This document shows, in pieces, positions 39,905-49,884 of a stretch of DNA of 64,000 nt (its first letter is position 1; each line of letters starts with the position of its first letter). The stretch is taken from positions 16,983 to 80,982 of the forward strand of contig CAZTNF010000001.1 in the NCBI GenBank assembly GCA_964615295.1. Reading direction: 5' to 3'. The notes beneath the pieces were generated by a model. The model was not told the origin of the DNA. It ran no database searches and was given only the letters and a program-made list of their open reading frames with translations. Source of the DNA: an uncultured Erysipelotrichaceae bacterium (GTDB taxonomy: Bacteria; Bacillota_I; Bacilli_A; Erysipelotrichales; Erysipelotrichaceae). The position numbers and the translations under genes are program-made.

Positions 39905-39931
39905 TTAGCAAGCAAAATGTTGGGGTGCTAA
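39905..39931. promoter_or_regulatory. CIRCE-like HrcA operator upstream of ftsH
   Basis: TTAGCAAGC-N9-GGGTGCTAA vs consensus TTAGCACTC-N9-GAGTGCTAA. Confidence 0.7.
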
Positions 39932-40025
39932 TTTATGAAAATTTCACAAATTCCCACCACAAAGAAGGAGAATGATTTTCAAAAAAACAGGCTAGAGTGG
40001 TCTAACCTGCTTGGAGAATTACTCA

Positions 40026-40859
40026 TTAGTCAAATTTATGGCGACGATTGGTAGATAACATCATCATTTCTTTCATCGTCGCTTCATCTTCCTCTTTCAA
40101 AGCTTGAGCAAAGACACTCAAGGTGTTTTGAAATTGTTCAATTTCTTTCAATAGCATGTCTTTGTTCAATAAAAAGAGTTCACTCCACATTTCTTCATTG
40201 ATGGAGGCAATACGGGTCAAATCGCGGAAGGAATCGCCTGTATACTCCACTAAATGTTCATTTTCATGAGTATCCATCAATGATACTGCAATTACATGGG
40301 TCAATTGAGATAAAAAGGCGATCATCTCATCGTGTTCATCGGGCGATAAAGCGGAAATGTTATCACATCCAAGATCTTTAGCTAAAGCACTCACCTTGAC
40401 AATAGCCGAAGCCGTATTATCAGGGCGTGGAATCAAAATAAAGTTGGCTTGATCAAAAATGCGAGGATCCGCATGCTCAATGCCCTTGGATTCTCGTCCG
40501 CACATTGGATGGACAGACATCAGTTCCACATCTTTGCGTAAAATATCTTGAACAGGTTCCATAATGGCACGCTTGACTCCGGAAATTTCCAAAATAAGGG
40601 TGCCAGGTGCAAATTGGTCTTGCCATGTTTCAATCCAAGGCTGCAAAAGCGAAGGATAAATACAAAAGATCAACCATTTGCATTGGGCAAGACCTTGGGA
40701 AAAATCTGAAAACCCTTGATCAATCCAGCCGCGTTCTTTGGCTTTTTGTAATGATGCTAAGTTGGAATCAAAGCCATAGACTGTCCACCCGAGCTCTTTT
40801 AATCGGGCACAAAATGAGCCACCCATGACCCCAAGGCCAATTACTCCTACTGTTTTCAT
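40026..40859 (-). CDS. tyrA: Prephenate dehydrogenase
   Basis: VIGLGVMGGS Rossmann motif, HPMCG, HDEMIAFLSQLTH, SFRDLTRIA; homologous start 40859 (MSNPHF extension is element-derived). Confidence 0.93.
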   Translation of the reverse strand: MKTVGVIGLGVMGGSFCARLKELGWTVYGFDSNLASLQKAKERGWIDQGFSDFSQGLAQCKWLIFCIYPSLLQPWIETWQDQFAPGTLILEISGVKRAIMEPVQDILRKDVELMSVHPMCGRESKGIEHADPRIFDQANFILIPRPDNTASAIVKVSALAKDLGCDNISALSPDEHDEMIAFLSQLTHVIAVSLMDTHENEHLVEYTGDSFRDLTRIASINEEMWSELFLLNKDMLLKEIEQFQNTLSVFAQALKEEDEATMKEMMMLSTNRRHKFD

Positions 40860-41421
40860 AAAATGCGGATTGGACATTCGTGACTTGAGTCAGGGGAGGA
40901 AAATCCGCTCCTTCCTTTCTGTACTGTATCCATTAGCATGTTCTATTAATGTTAATTTCCTCCAAAATCCACTCGTATGACATCTAACGTTTTCAAAGAA
41001 AAATATTGTTCTTCTTCCAGCTATAAAGAATTTTTGATTTTTGAATGTCACTTTATTCCAAAGCCGAAATTTTTTTATTTCAAAGGGAGCCTGATTCCTT
41101 TTTCTCTGAACCTTCCACCGTGTCTTCTCTCCCTGTCTCTATAACTCAATCGACTTCTGAACTATCAGTAACTCGTGTTTCCACGTATTTCCTACTCAAT
41201 TTCATAGAGCTTCATCTAAAAGTAAAGCTCCTTTCAGAGGAAAATACTATCACCAATATTAGACTTCATATTCCCATTTCTACCCATCAGGAAAACACAA
41301 AGATCAGGATTTCAAACTCGGTATTGTATTCAAAGGTATCTTTTTTTGTAACGTGATGCGCCAAGAACTTGGACTAGTCAACAAAGTGTCAAGCCCATGG
41401 CTTGAGTCGTGGGTGACCCTA
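40860..41421 (-). mobile_element. Internally deleted IS200/IS605-family IscB (OMEGA) element, copy 2
   Basis: End hairpin CCCACGACTCAAGCCATGGG, omegaRNA-like leader, GAAAGGAG RBS, RKRNQAPFEIKKFRLWNKV...FIAGRR...RKLTLIEHANGYSTERKER, end AATCCGCATTTT abutting ATGAA of tyrA; homologous to 18240-18801. Confidence 0.85.
41236..41421 (-). ncRNA. Degenerate omegaRNA/HEARO-like scaffold, copy 2
   Basis: GTTGACTAGTCCAAGTTC...CACGTTACAAAA...GAGTTTGAA...CCTGATGGGTAG...AATATTGGTGA on minus strand; boundaries approximate. Confidence 0.65.
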
Positions 41422-41538
41422 TTCTTATGAATGGTTAAGCTTGATTTTTCCCTTTCCTTAGGCTTTAAACCATACAAAAAATTATACTAAAAAGATGGAA
41501 TTTCACCGGTTTTGCCTTTTTTGAGAAGAAAGATCTTT

Positions 41539-42840
41539 TTAAGCGATTTCTTGGATGTCAGCTCCTAAAGATTTTAAGTCTTCAAAGAAGGTAGGATAGC
41601 TTTTGGAAATAGCTTGAGCCCCTTGAATGATGCTTGGCGATTGAGCTCCCAAAGCAAAGATACTCATCGCCATCACGACACGATGATCGTTATGACCATC
41701 TAAAACAACCGGCTGATCTTTTTTGTACTCCTCTTTACCCGAAATATAGATATTGTTTTCATCACTTGAAATGTTTACTCCCCATTTTCTCAGTTCTTCT
41801 TCCATCGCTGCAATGCGATCACATTCCTTAAAACGCAATCGCGCTGCATTGGTGAGTTTAGAATTTCCTGGAATCATCGCTGCTAAGGCGCAAAGAATGG
41901 GGCCAAGATCGGGACAATTAGCCAAATCCGCTTCGAAGGCAAGACGTTTATTGGGAGAAATTCGAATCGTTGTGGCCAATTCGTCTTCAATAACTTCAAG
42001 TTTTCCCCCGGCTTGTTGGATGATCGAAGCGATTACGCCATCCCCTTGTTTGGAATTCATGACCAATCCTTCAAGATATAAAGGAGCTTTCAGCATCCCT
42101 AAAGCGAGAAAGAAAGCAGCTTGGGACCAATCGGATTCCACTACTACTTGGGCGGGTTTATAACAAGCATCGGGCTCAATACAATAGGCGTGAGAAGTGG
42201 GTTGTTGAATGGATACGCCAAAGATTTTCATCATATCAACCGTTAAATCTACATAGGACTTAGATTGATAAGGGGGCAATACCGCAATGTCCAGGCCTTG
42301 TAAAAGAGGAGCAGCCATTAATAGCCCAGAAATAAATTGGCTCGAAACATCCCCATTTAAAGTGTAGAGACCACTTTCGAGCGGTCCATGAAAGTGTAAT
42401 CCTTGAGGGCCTTGTTCAAAGGGAAGCCCTTGGTCTAAAAAGATGTTTTCATAAATTCCTAAAGGCCGTACCAACAAAGAGGATTGGCCTAAAAAAGTTG
42501 TTAAAGCACGACTCGTAGCGGCGATCGGGATTAAAAAACGCAAGGTAGAACCAGATTCATTGGCATTTAAGGTGACAGATTGGCTTCGAAGAGCTGGATT
42601 GCATCCATTCACCTTCCATGCATCGAGTAAGCCAAGAGCTTGTTCTTGATGGGAAAAGGTAGCTCCAAGCGCTTGTAAGCAATTCATTGTTGCAGTGATG
42701 TCTTGAGACGCTCCTAGGTTATAAATGGTTGAAACTCCTTGAGCAAGTCCCGCACAAATCAAAGCGCGATGAGAAAGTGATTTAGAAGCTGGAACCTTAA
42801 CATGCCCTTCTAAGAAACTCGGGGTAATTAAAACATTCAT
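41539..42840 (-). CDS. aroA: EPSP synthase
   Basis: SKSLSHRA, NESGSTLRF, SSQFISG, KECDR, HNDHRV, KSYPTF (ORF track 42846). Confidence 0.95.
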   Translation of the reverse strand: MNVLITPSFLEGHVKVPASKSLSHRALICAGLAQGVSTIYNLGASQDITATMNCLQALGATFSHQEQALGLLDAWKVNGCNPALRSQSVTLNANESGSTLRFLIPIAATSRALTTFLGQSSLLVRPLGIYENIFLDQGLPFEQGPQGLHFHGPLESGLYTLNGDVSSQFISGLLMAAPLLQGLDIAVLPPYQSKSYVDLTVDMMKIFGVSIQQPTSHAYCIEPDACYKPAQVVVESDWSQAAFFLALGMLKAPLYLEGLVMNSKQGDGVIASIIQQAGGKLEVIEDELATTIRISPNKRLAFEADLANCPDLGPILCALAAMIPGNSKLTNAARLRFKECDRIAAMEEELRKWGVNISSDENNIYISGKEEYKKDQPVVLDGHNDHRVVMAMSIFALGAQSPSIIQGAQAISKSYPTFFEDLKSLGADIQEIA

Positions 42841-42842
42841 TT

Positions 42843-43958
42843 TCATTCCTCCTGACTCGACTCAAAGGCTAAACGGGCTTCTTCGACCATCCACAGATCC
42901 AGAAGACCAAAAGCACAAAGACAATCGACAACAGCACGAGCTCGATGGATAATGGCGGGATCATGGCGACCTTTGATTTCGAGTTCTACCGCTTTCTTAG
43001 TCTGGTAGTCGACACTGTCTTGTCTTTGATAGATAGAAGGCGTGGGTTTAATACACGTTTGAAAGATTAAAGGCATTCCATTGGTGATGCCTCCATTGAC
43101 TCCACCGTTGTGATTCGTGCGTGTTTGAATTGTTCCTTCTACTGAGATTAAAGCGTCATTAGCTTGAGAGCCATACAAATTGGCAAAGCCAAAGCCCTCT
43201 CCAAAGCTCACTCCTTTCACAGCAGGAATGGAAAACAGCAAATGCGATAAGTAGCTTTCTACACTGTCGAAAAAAGGTTCACCAATTCCGCCAGGAAGAC
43301 CCACTACAATACTTTGTAAAATCCCCCCAACACTATCGAGTTTTTTCGCAGTGGTTTCAATTTCGGCTTGCATAGCTCTTTTTACGTCTTCATCGAGTAC
43401 GGGAAATTCGGTAGCATTCAAGGTTTCCATTTGCGAAAGAAGAATTTCAGGATCGTTTGAAAATCCAATGTCTTGAAGACCATGCAAGCTTTGAATGTGT
43501 GTCGCAATCTTCACCCCTTTTTGAGCTAAAATTTGGCGACAAATCGCCCCTGCAGCTACCACGGCAGCCGTTAAACGACCGGAAAAGTGCCCACCCCCCC
43601 GAAAGTCTTGATAGCCGTGATATTTTTTAAATGCACTCCAATCCGCATGGCCTGGACGCAAACGATAGCGTAAGGAAGCATAATCTTGAGAACGAGTATT
43701 GGTGTTTTCAATGAGCAAACAAAGGGAAGTTCCTGTTGTTTTTCCTTCAAAAAAACCAGAAACAATTCGAACTTGATCGGTTTCATGGCGTTTCGTGGAC
43801 AAAGCTCCCTTGGCCTTGCGCTTTTCCATCTCCCAAGCCAGCTGATCAAGATCAATTCCAAACCCTGCTGGAAGGCCATCTAATACCGCTCCAATGGCTT
43901 CTCCATGGCTTTCACCAAAGATGGTTAGTTGAAGCGCATTGCCTATTGTATTTTTCAT
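42843..43958 (-). CDS. aroC: Chorismate synthase
   Basis: FGESHG, RPGHAD, RGGGHFSGR, GRHDP. Confidence 0.96.
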   Translation of the reverse strand: MKNTIGNALQLTIFGESHGEAIGAVLDGLPAGFGIDLDQLAWEMEKRKAKGALSTKRHETDQVRIVSGFFEGKTTGTSLCLLIENTNTRSQDYASLRYRLRPGHADWSAFKKYHGYQDFRGGGHFSGRLTAAVVAAGAICRQILAQKGVKIATHIQSLHGLQDIGFSNDPEILLSQMETLNATEFPVLDEDVKRAMQAEIETTAKKLDSVGGILQSIVVGLPGGIGEPFFDSVESYLSHLLFSIPAVKGVSFGEGFGFANLYGSQANDALISVEGTIQTRTNHNGGVNGGITNGMPLIFQTCIKPTPSIYQRQDSVDYQTKKAVELEIKGRHDPAIIHRARAVVDCLCAFGLLDLWMVEEARLAFESSQEE

Positions 43959-44048
43959 ATCGTGTTTTTATGTAAACTCTTATGAGTTTTTCTTTCCTTT
44001 CGTCCTTAAAACCCGCATTTCGTGAAAAAAATGCGTAAAACCTAAATT

Positions 44049-45065
44049 TTATTGATATATATCTTGATCCAAAAGATCAAATAATTCTTCTAAGGAGTAC
44101 GTTTCAAAGTGGAAGTTTTCAATGTCATTGACAAAGACACAACTCACCCCTTGAGTTGTGGCTTTTTTATCGTGACGCATAAGCTCTTTGGCTTTTTCTC
44201 GATCAAAGTGTTCAATTTTAGGCAAGCCAAGACGTTCTTCAATAGCGATGACTCGATTTTTGAGGTGTTGAGGGAGAAAATATAACATTCCGGCCGCTAC
44301 ACACTCTCCATGGAAATATTCATATTGTTCAAAACTGCCTTCAATGGCATGGCCTATGGTATGACCGAAGTTTAAGACTTTTCGTAAACCATTCTCTTTT
44401 TCGTCCGCTTCTACCACTTTGCGTTTGGCATTCACCGATTTGTATAAGATAGTCTCCATATCAAGATCTTCTAAGCGACTCTTTTCAAAGTCTTCAAACA
44501 AATTGCGATCGAAACACAGCGCCATTTTTAAAGCTTCGGCTAGACCGGCTGAAATTTGACGGGAATCTAAGGTTTCTAAAACATTGGGGTCAATAAAAAA
44601 CGATTTAGGTTGCCAAAAAGCGCCAATGATATTTTTAATGGGACCTAAATCCACGGCTGTCTTTCCTCCCACGGATGAATCCACTTGGGAAAGCACAGTG
44701 GTTGGCAAATTATAAAAGTCAATACCACGCATATAACAAGCGGCTGCAAAACCAGCCATATCTCCGGTCACTCCTCCGCCAAGAGCGACTACTTGGCTTT
44801 TGCGATTTAAATCGGCTTCACTCATCGCTTGAAATAGCCGTTCTAGGGTGGTGAGATTTTTGGAGCCTTCACCTTGAGGAAAACAAAACGTGTAGGCATG
44901 GGAAAACTGGGATTTCACTAAATCCACCCACTGCTTAGGAATGCCAGAATCGTAAACGAGCATTGTGGGACGTGAGAGATCGATGTAGCGATCCAAATGG
45001 GCTAAGCAATTTTTTTCAATAACAATGGGATATTTTCCGGAAGGAACATTGACGATTAATTCCAT
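44049..45065 (-). CDS. aroB: 3-dehydroquinate synthase
   Basis: GGGVTGD, PTTVLSQVDSSVGGKT, LNFGHTIGHAIE. Confidence 0.96.
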   Translation of the reverse strand: MELIVNVPSGKYPIVIEKNCLAHLDRYIDLSRPTMLVYDSGIPKQWVDLVKSQFSHAYTFCFPQGEGSKNLTTLERLFQAMSEADLNRKSQVVALGGGVTGDMAGFAAACYMRGIDFYNLPTTVLSQVDSSVGGKTAVDLGPIKNIIGAFWQPKSFFIDPNVLETLDSRQISAGLAEALKMALCFDRNLFEDFEKSRLEDLDMETILYKSVNAKRKVVEADEKENGLRKVLNFGHTIGHAIEGSFEQYEYFHGECVAAGMLYFLPQHLKNRVIAIEERLGLPKIEHFDREKAKELMRHDKKATTQGVSCVFVNDIENFHFETYSLEELFDLLDQDIYQ

Positions 45066-45343
45066 GAACTATACCTTCTTTCCATTTTTTAGGATAAGGT
45101 CCTCTCTCTTTTTTAGAGCCAAACAAAAATCGGATTTCCAAAATAGAGTGGAATGCCTCAATTTTACCTAGATCTTTTCGTATAGACTTCATGACTTAAA
45201 AGAAGAGAGAGAAACGAGAACTTAAAGGAGCAATTTCGAAGGAAAAAAGACAAAATAATCAAGATTTTCAAGACTTAGATTGAGTTTTGAGACGCAAATC
45301 CCTCAAAAAGAGGCAGGATGGTATCATGATCGAGGTGATCAAA

Positions 45344-46429
45344 GTGAACAATTTAGACGCATTACAAAAAGCAAGACATCAAATTGATGAGATTGATAAA
45401 GAATTTGCTCAGTTGTTTGAACAGCGCATGGCGGCAGTAGAACAAGTGGCAAACTATAAAAAAAGTCACAATATGCCCGTACTCGATGTGACACGTGAAG
45501 CCCAAGTTATTGCTAAAAACGAAGCCCGTATTCAAGAGCAAAGCTTAAAGGAAGATTTTGGGAAATGGATCCAGTACCTTATGGATTTATCCAAAAAGCA
45601 TCAACGAGAAATATTGGCCATTAATACGGTAGCCTATTGTGGAATTGAAGGCGCTTTTGCCCATTCCGTGACAACGAACCTTTTTCCGGAAGCGACCCAG
45701 CTTTCCTGCTCTAGCTTTGATCAGGTCTTTGAAAATGTGATCGCTCACAAAGCTCAATATGGTGTCTTACCTCTCGAAAACACCAACTCGGGTTTAGTCG
45801 GTGAAGTGTTAGATGGATTGATGCAATACCCTGTTTATATTCATCAAATCGCAGATATCAGAATTGAACAGTGCTTATTAGGGATCCAAGAAGCTCAGCT
45901 CAAAGATATCCAGTGGGTCTATTCGAAAGATCAAGCCCTGTGGCAAGCTAAACCGTTTCTCGATGCGCTTGGTGTAGAAACCATTCCTTATCCCAACACG
46001 GCTATGGCTGCGCAATACATTGCCCAAGAACAAGATATTCATAAAGCCGCAATTGGAGCTAAAGAAAACGCTAAATTGTATGACTTAAAAATTCTGGCTG
46101 AAAACATTGAGGCAGATAGTTCCAATACTACCCGTTTTTTAATTATTTCCGCCAAAGAAAACGAACACCGTGGCGATCATGGCTCTTTTTTAATTAGTGT
46201 CAAAAGTGAAGTGGGCTTTTTAGCTCGAGCCATTAATGTCATTTCGGCTTTTGGCTTAAACATGGATTGCTTACAATCGCGCCCTCGGAAGGGACATCCC
46301 TTTGAATACTTTTTTTACATTCAAGCCGATGGAGATTTGTCTAAAGAAAATGTAGAGGCTTTATTTCGAACTTTAGAACCAGTTTGTGTATTTCGAAAAT
46401 GGCTTGGAACCTATACTATTCGAAAATAA
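45344..46429 (+). CDS. pheA: Chorismate mutase/prephenate dehydratase (P-protein)
   Basis: N-terminal CM (RHQIDEID), PLENTNSG, NTTRF, QSRP ACT domain; GAGGTG RBS before GTG 45344 (ORF track 45287). Confidence 0.9.
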   Translation: MNNLDALQKARHQIDEIDKEFAQLFEQRMAAVEQVANYKKSHNMPVLDVTREAQVIAKNEARIQEQSLKEDFGKWIQYLMDLSKKHQREILAINTVAYCGIEGAFAHSVTTNLFPEATQLSCSSFDQVFENVIAHKAQYGVLPLENTNSGLVGEVLDGLMQYPVYIHQIADIRIEQCLLGIQEAQLKDIQWVYSKDQALWQAKPFLDALGVETIPYPNTAMAAQYIAQEQDIHKAAIGAKENAKLYDLKILAENIEADSSNTTRFLIISAKENEHRGDHGSFLISVKSEVGFLARAINVISAFGLNMDCLQSRPRKGHPFEYFFYIQADGDLSKENVEALFRTLEPVCVFRKWLGTYTIRK

Positions 46430-46454
46430 TTCATTGTGTGAAAGGAAAAAATTT

Positions 46455-47693
46455 ATGAGTTTTGTAAAAGACAGCGTCAATCGTACGCCTATTGTGGACA
46501 CCGTTTTTGCGGTCGTAGAACAAGCCAAAGCGGCCAAAGCCCAATATGGCGAGGAAAATGTTGTAGATGGAGTAATCGGCTCACTTTATACCGAAGAAGG
46601 TCAATTGGCCACTATTCAAACCTTCTTTCAAGCCCTCAAAGAACTGGATAACCGCAATTTGGCTAAATATGCGGTTAGTTTTGTGGGAAATCCAGATTTT
46701 CGTCAAGATGCGATTAACTGGGTCTTGGATGGCAATTCCAACTTATATAAAGAAGTGATTGCGACTCCTGGGGGGACAGGAGCTGTCAGCATTTCCATTA
46801 CTAACTGTTTAGAGTCTGGACAAACGCTCATTATTCCTGAAATCGCTTGGGGATCGTACGCTCTCATGGCGCAGATGCAAAATATTGATATTGCGCAATA
46901 TTCTCTCTTTGAGGAAGATCATTTTAACTTAACTTCCTTTAAAAAAACGTGCCAAAGTGTTATGGCCAAGCAAGATCGTTTAGTGGTAATCATCAATGAT
47001 CCTTGTCATAACCCCACTGGATATTCGATGAGTGAGGATGAATGGAGAGAAGTCATTGCCTTCTTAAACGAATGTTCAAAAACTCATTCAGTTGTCTTAA
47101 TTAACGATATTGCCTATATTGATTTCTCCTATCAAGGACGCTATGCTAAGCACTACTTCACCTGCTTCGACGAAATTAGCGAAAATGTAGCCGTTATTGT
47201 GGCTTTTTCTATTTCTAAATCTATGACAGCCTATGGATTGCGATGTGGAGCGGCTATTGTGCTGGGAAAAACGCTAGAAGCGGTGAATGAGCTAAAGGTT
47301 GTTTTCGAAAAATCAGCTCGGGCTACATGGTCCAACATCAACAATGGTGCGATGGTCGCCTTTGCTCATTTAATGGAACAAAATAAAGAGGCTTACAATG
47401 CTGAGCGGCAAGAATATGTCGATCTTCTCAAAAAGCGTTCGGATTTATTTTTACAACAAGCCGAGGAAGTGGGTTTAAAACATTATCCTTATAAAGAGGG
47501 ATTCTTTGTCACCTTAGAGATGGATAATGCAACAAGAGATGCTTTTCATCAAGCTTTAATCGATGAAAATATTTTTACAGTGAAAGTCAACAAGGGAATT
47601 CGTGTGGCAATTTGTTCGATGCCCATAGCTAAAGTAGATGGATTAGCTTCTCGCATGAAAGCCATTTTGGATAGTGTTAAGAAAGAAATTTAA
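46455..47693 (+). CDS. Class I/II PLP aminotransferase (probably aromatic/aspartate)
   Basis: TPGGTGA, NDPCHNPTG, DIAY, SISKSMTAYGLRCG (ORF track 46386). Confidence 0.9.
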   Translation: MSFVKDSVNRTPIVDTVFAVVEQAKAAKAQYGEENVVDGVIGSLYTEEGQLATIQTFFQALKELDNRNLAKYAVSFVGNPDFRQDAINWVLDGNSNLYKEVIATPGGTGAVSISITNCLESGQTLIIPEIAWGSYALMAQMQNIDIAQYSLFEEDHFNLTSFKKTCQSVMAKQDRLVVIINDPCHNPTGYSMSEDEWREVIAFLNECSKTHSVVLINDIAYIDFSYQGRYAKHYFTCFDEISENVAVIVAFSISKSMTAYGLRCGAAIVLGKTLEAVNELKVVFEKSARATWSNINNGAMVAFAHLMEQNKEAYNAERQEYVDLLKKRSDLFLQQAEEVGLKHYPYKEGFFVTLEMDNATRDAFHQALIDENIFTVKVNKGIRVAICSMPIAKVDGLASRMKAILDSVKKEI

Positions 47694-47710
47694 AAAATCA
47701 AAATTTCTTA

Positions 47711-47744
47711 AAGAGCTAGACTTTTTGCGTTTAGCTCTTTTTTT
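47711..47744 (+). terminator. Intrinsic terminator
   Basis: AAGAGCTAGAC...GTTTAGCTCTT plus T-tract. Confidence 0.75.
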
Positions 47745-48219
47745 ATAGACTTTGTGAAATGAAATTTTAAAAGAGAATATTTATTTTTGAATTTTGAAAT
47801 TCAAAAATTTTTAATCCCAAATCATCTAGCTTGTGCTTTGCCTAAAGCGAAAAATAAAAAATGCTTTTTGATTTTTTGTCAAATAATGTGAAGCCATTTT
47901 ACAAAAAAATGGTTGAAATGTTAGAAAATCGTGATAAAATTACCCGAAACCATAATAAAATTTTCCCCTGTAGGAACAGCCTAAGAGGAAATAGAAAGTA
48001 TTTGTCCTTATTTGGTTCAAATTGTTGTAAGCGATTTGAAGTTGGTCCAATTCAGAGCAAAAAGAAACATTACGCCAAAAAGTGGGTAGCATTTTTAAAT
48101 CTTTAAAAGAGAAAAATGAAAGCGTATATTTATCTTTTTTCATGAATAAGACATAAACAAGAGGAAATAAGATCCTCTTCATTGGCTGTGACAAATACAG
48201 GTATTTGAAAAGCAAGTAG

Positions 48220-49779
48220 GTGAATCAACTTATGGAAAGACAAGCTGGTATCTTGTTGCCTCTTTTCTCCGTGCCTGGGAATCAGGGAATTGGAGACTTA
48301 GGGCAAAAAACTTTAATGATGATCGATGAACTCTCTAAAGCGGGCATTAAAATTTGGTCCATGTTGCCTCTTCAGCCCACGCAAGGAGATAACTCCCCTT
48401 ATAGCATGGCTTCCGCTTATGCAGGGGATCCGATCTACATTAATATTGATCGCTTAGCTGAAATGGATCTTCTCACTCAAAGCAGTGTGGTCAATTGCAA
48501 TAAATTTAAAAGTGCTGTGGATTATGATACAGTTCGCCAATTTAAAGAGCCTTACTTTCAGCGGGCCTTTAAAGCGTTCCGTAAAAACTATTCGAGATGG
48601 AAAGCCGATTTTGAAAAGTTTAAGCAGGAAGCTTGGTGGCTCAATAGCTGGACGGTTTATGAATTGTTCCGCCAATTGCATGATGGTAAAGGATGGACTC
48701 ATTGGGATTCAGAATATCAAACTTGGCCTGAATTGCAGGGGGTTGTATTACGCAACTATGTGGAACAAGTATTCTATATTCAATTTCTGCAGTTTATCTT
48801 TTATCGCCAACTCGATGAAGTAAGCGATTATGCTCGTTCTAAGGGATTGCTTTTGATGCAAGATGTCCCATTTTTTGTAAACTTGGAAAGTGCTGAAGTG
48901 TGGTCGAAAAAAGACGAGTATATGGTGGATCGCAACGGAGCTGTGAAGCAATATGCAGGATGTCCACCTGATCCTTATCATGAAAAGGGTCAGGTTTGGG
49001 AAAAACCGATGTATAACTTTGAAGCCTTAAAAGCAAGTGATTATAAATCATTCCGCAATCGTTTCGTTTGGATTGCTAGAAACTTTGATGCCATTCGCAT
49101 TATTCACTTTAAGGGCTTTGATTTTCTTTGGAAAGTTCCTGAGAATCGCAATCCTCAATACGGCCAATGGGCTCAAGGTCCTGGCCGGCCTTTGATGGAA
49201 TTCATTAAAAAAGACTTACCCCATGTTCTTTTTACTGCGGAAGATCAAGGAGAAATGCGTCCCACTCTTAAAGAACTGGAAAGTGAATTTGATATTCCTG
49301 TTATGGATGTGTTGCAGTATCGTATGGAAACGAAAAAACTCAAACGGCCTGCACCTCAGAAAGCGGTGATTTATACCACTTTCTATGACACACCTACTCT
49401 TGAACAAGATTATTCGAATTTCATTAATAACCGTAAAATTGCCTTACGTCGTTTTTTCAAAAAACGCAATTACTTACATCGTCCCTTCCACGACTTAGTC
49501 GTTCATTATGCCATTGATTCGGATTCTGATATCGCCATGATTCCCATGCAAGATATCATTGGTTTAAAAGAAGTTGGCCGTATTAACGATCCAGAACATC
49601 CAGAAGCTAATAACTGGACATGGAAACTCAAAGATTTCCGAACGTTCCCTGCTGAACTGGCAAAAGTCCGAGAATGGCTAGAAAACGCTAATCGTATTGT
49701 CCCCAATACGTCAAAAGACGAACGAGCAAACCAAGACAATACCGATCAAACAAACGATTCATCCAAAGATACCGAATAA
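48220..49779 (+). CDS. malQ: GH77 4-alpha-glucanotransferase homologue with substituted nucleophile
   Basis: GILLPLFSVPG, GIGDLG, SPY, GCPPD, GQVW, AEDQG, NWTW; RIDH motif reads RIIH. Confidence 0.85.
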   Translation: MNQLMERQAGILLPLFSVPGNQGIGDLGQKTLMMIDELSKAGIKIWSMLPLQPTQGDNSPYSMASAYAGDPIYINIDRLAEMDLLTQSSVVNCNKFKSAVDYDTVRQFKEPYFQRAFKAFRKNYSRWKADFEKFKQEAWWLNSWTVYELFRQLHDGKGWTHWDSEYQTWPELQGVVLRNYVEQVFYIQFLQFIFYRQLDEVSDYARSKGLLLMQDVPFFVNLESAEVWSKKDEYMVDRNGAVKQYAGCPPDPYHEKGQVWEKPMYNFEALKASDYKSFRNRFVWIARNFDAIRIIHFKGFDFLWKVPENRNPQYGQWAQGPGRPLMEFIKKDLPHVLFTAEDQGEMRPTLKELESEFDIPVMDVLQYRMETKKLKRPAPQKAVIYTTFYDTPTLEQDYSNFINNRKIALRRFFKKRNYLHRPFHDLVVHYAIDSDSDIAMIPMQDIIGLKEVGRINDPEHPEANNWTWKLKDFRTFPAELAKVREWLENANRIVPNTSKDERANQDNTDQTNDSSKDTE

Positions 49780-49824
49780 CATTCAGACGCTATAAATCAA
49801 AAAATTTATAGCGTTTTTTTGTGC

Positions 49825-49855
49825 TTGACTTTCCCCTTAGGGAATCCTTCAAACT
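49825..49855 (+). promoter_or_regulatory. MerR-type promoter/operator
   Basis: TTGACT, 19-bp spacer containing dyad TTCCC-ctta-GGGAA, then weak -10 CAAACT. Confidence 0.55.
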
Positions 49856-49884
49856 AAAGAAGCTTAAGCAAAGGAGATCTCCAC

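Noticed and set aside
41045-41356. 103-aa plus-strand ORF
   Set aside because: Antisense to the IscB relic; no RBS or recognisable motif
45066-45343. T-box or attenuator for aro/pheA genes
   Set aside because: No T-box consensus or leader peptide visible
47861-48215. Two short ORFs upstream of malQ
   Set aside because: Overlapping, AT-rich, no RBS; likely promoter DNA with weak cre-like sites
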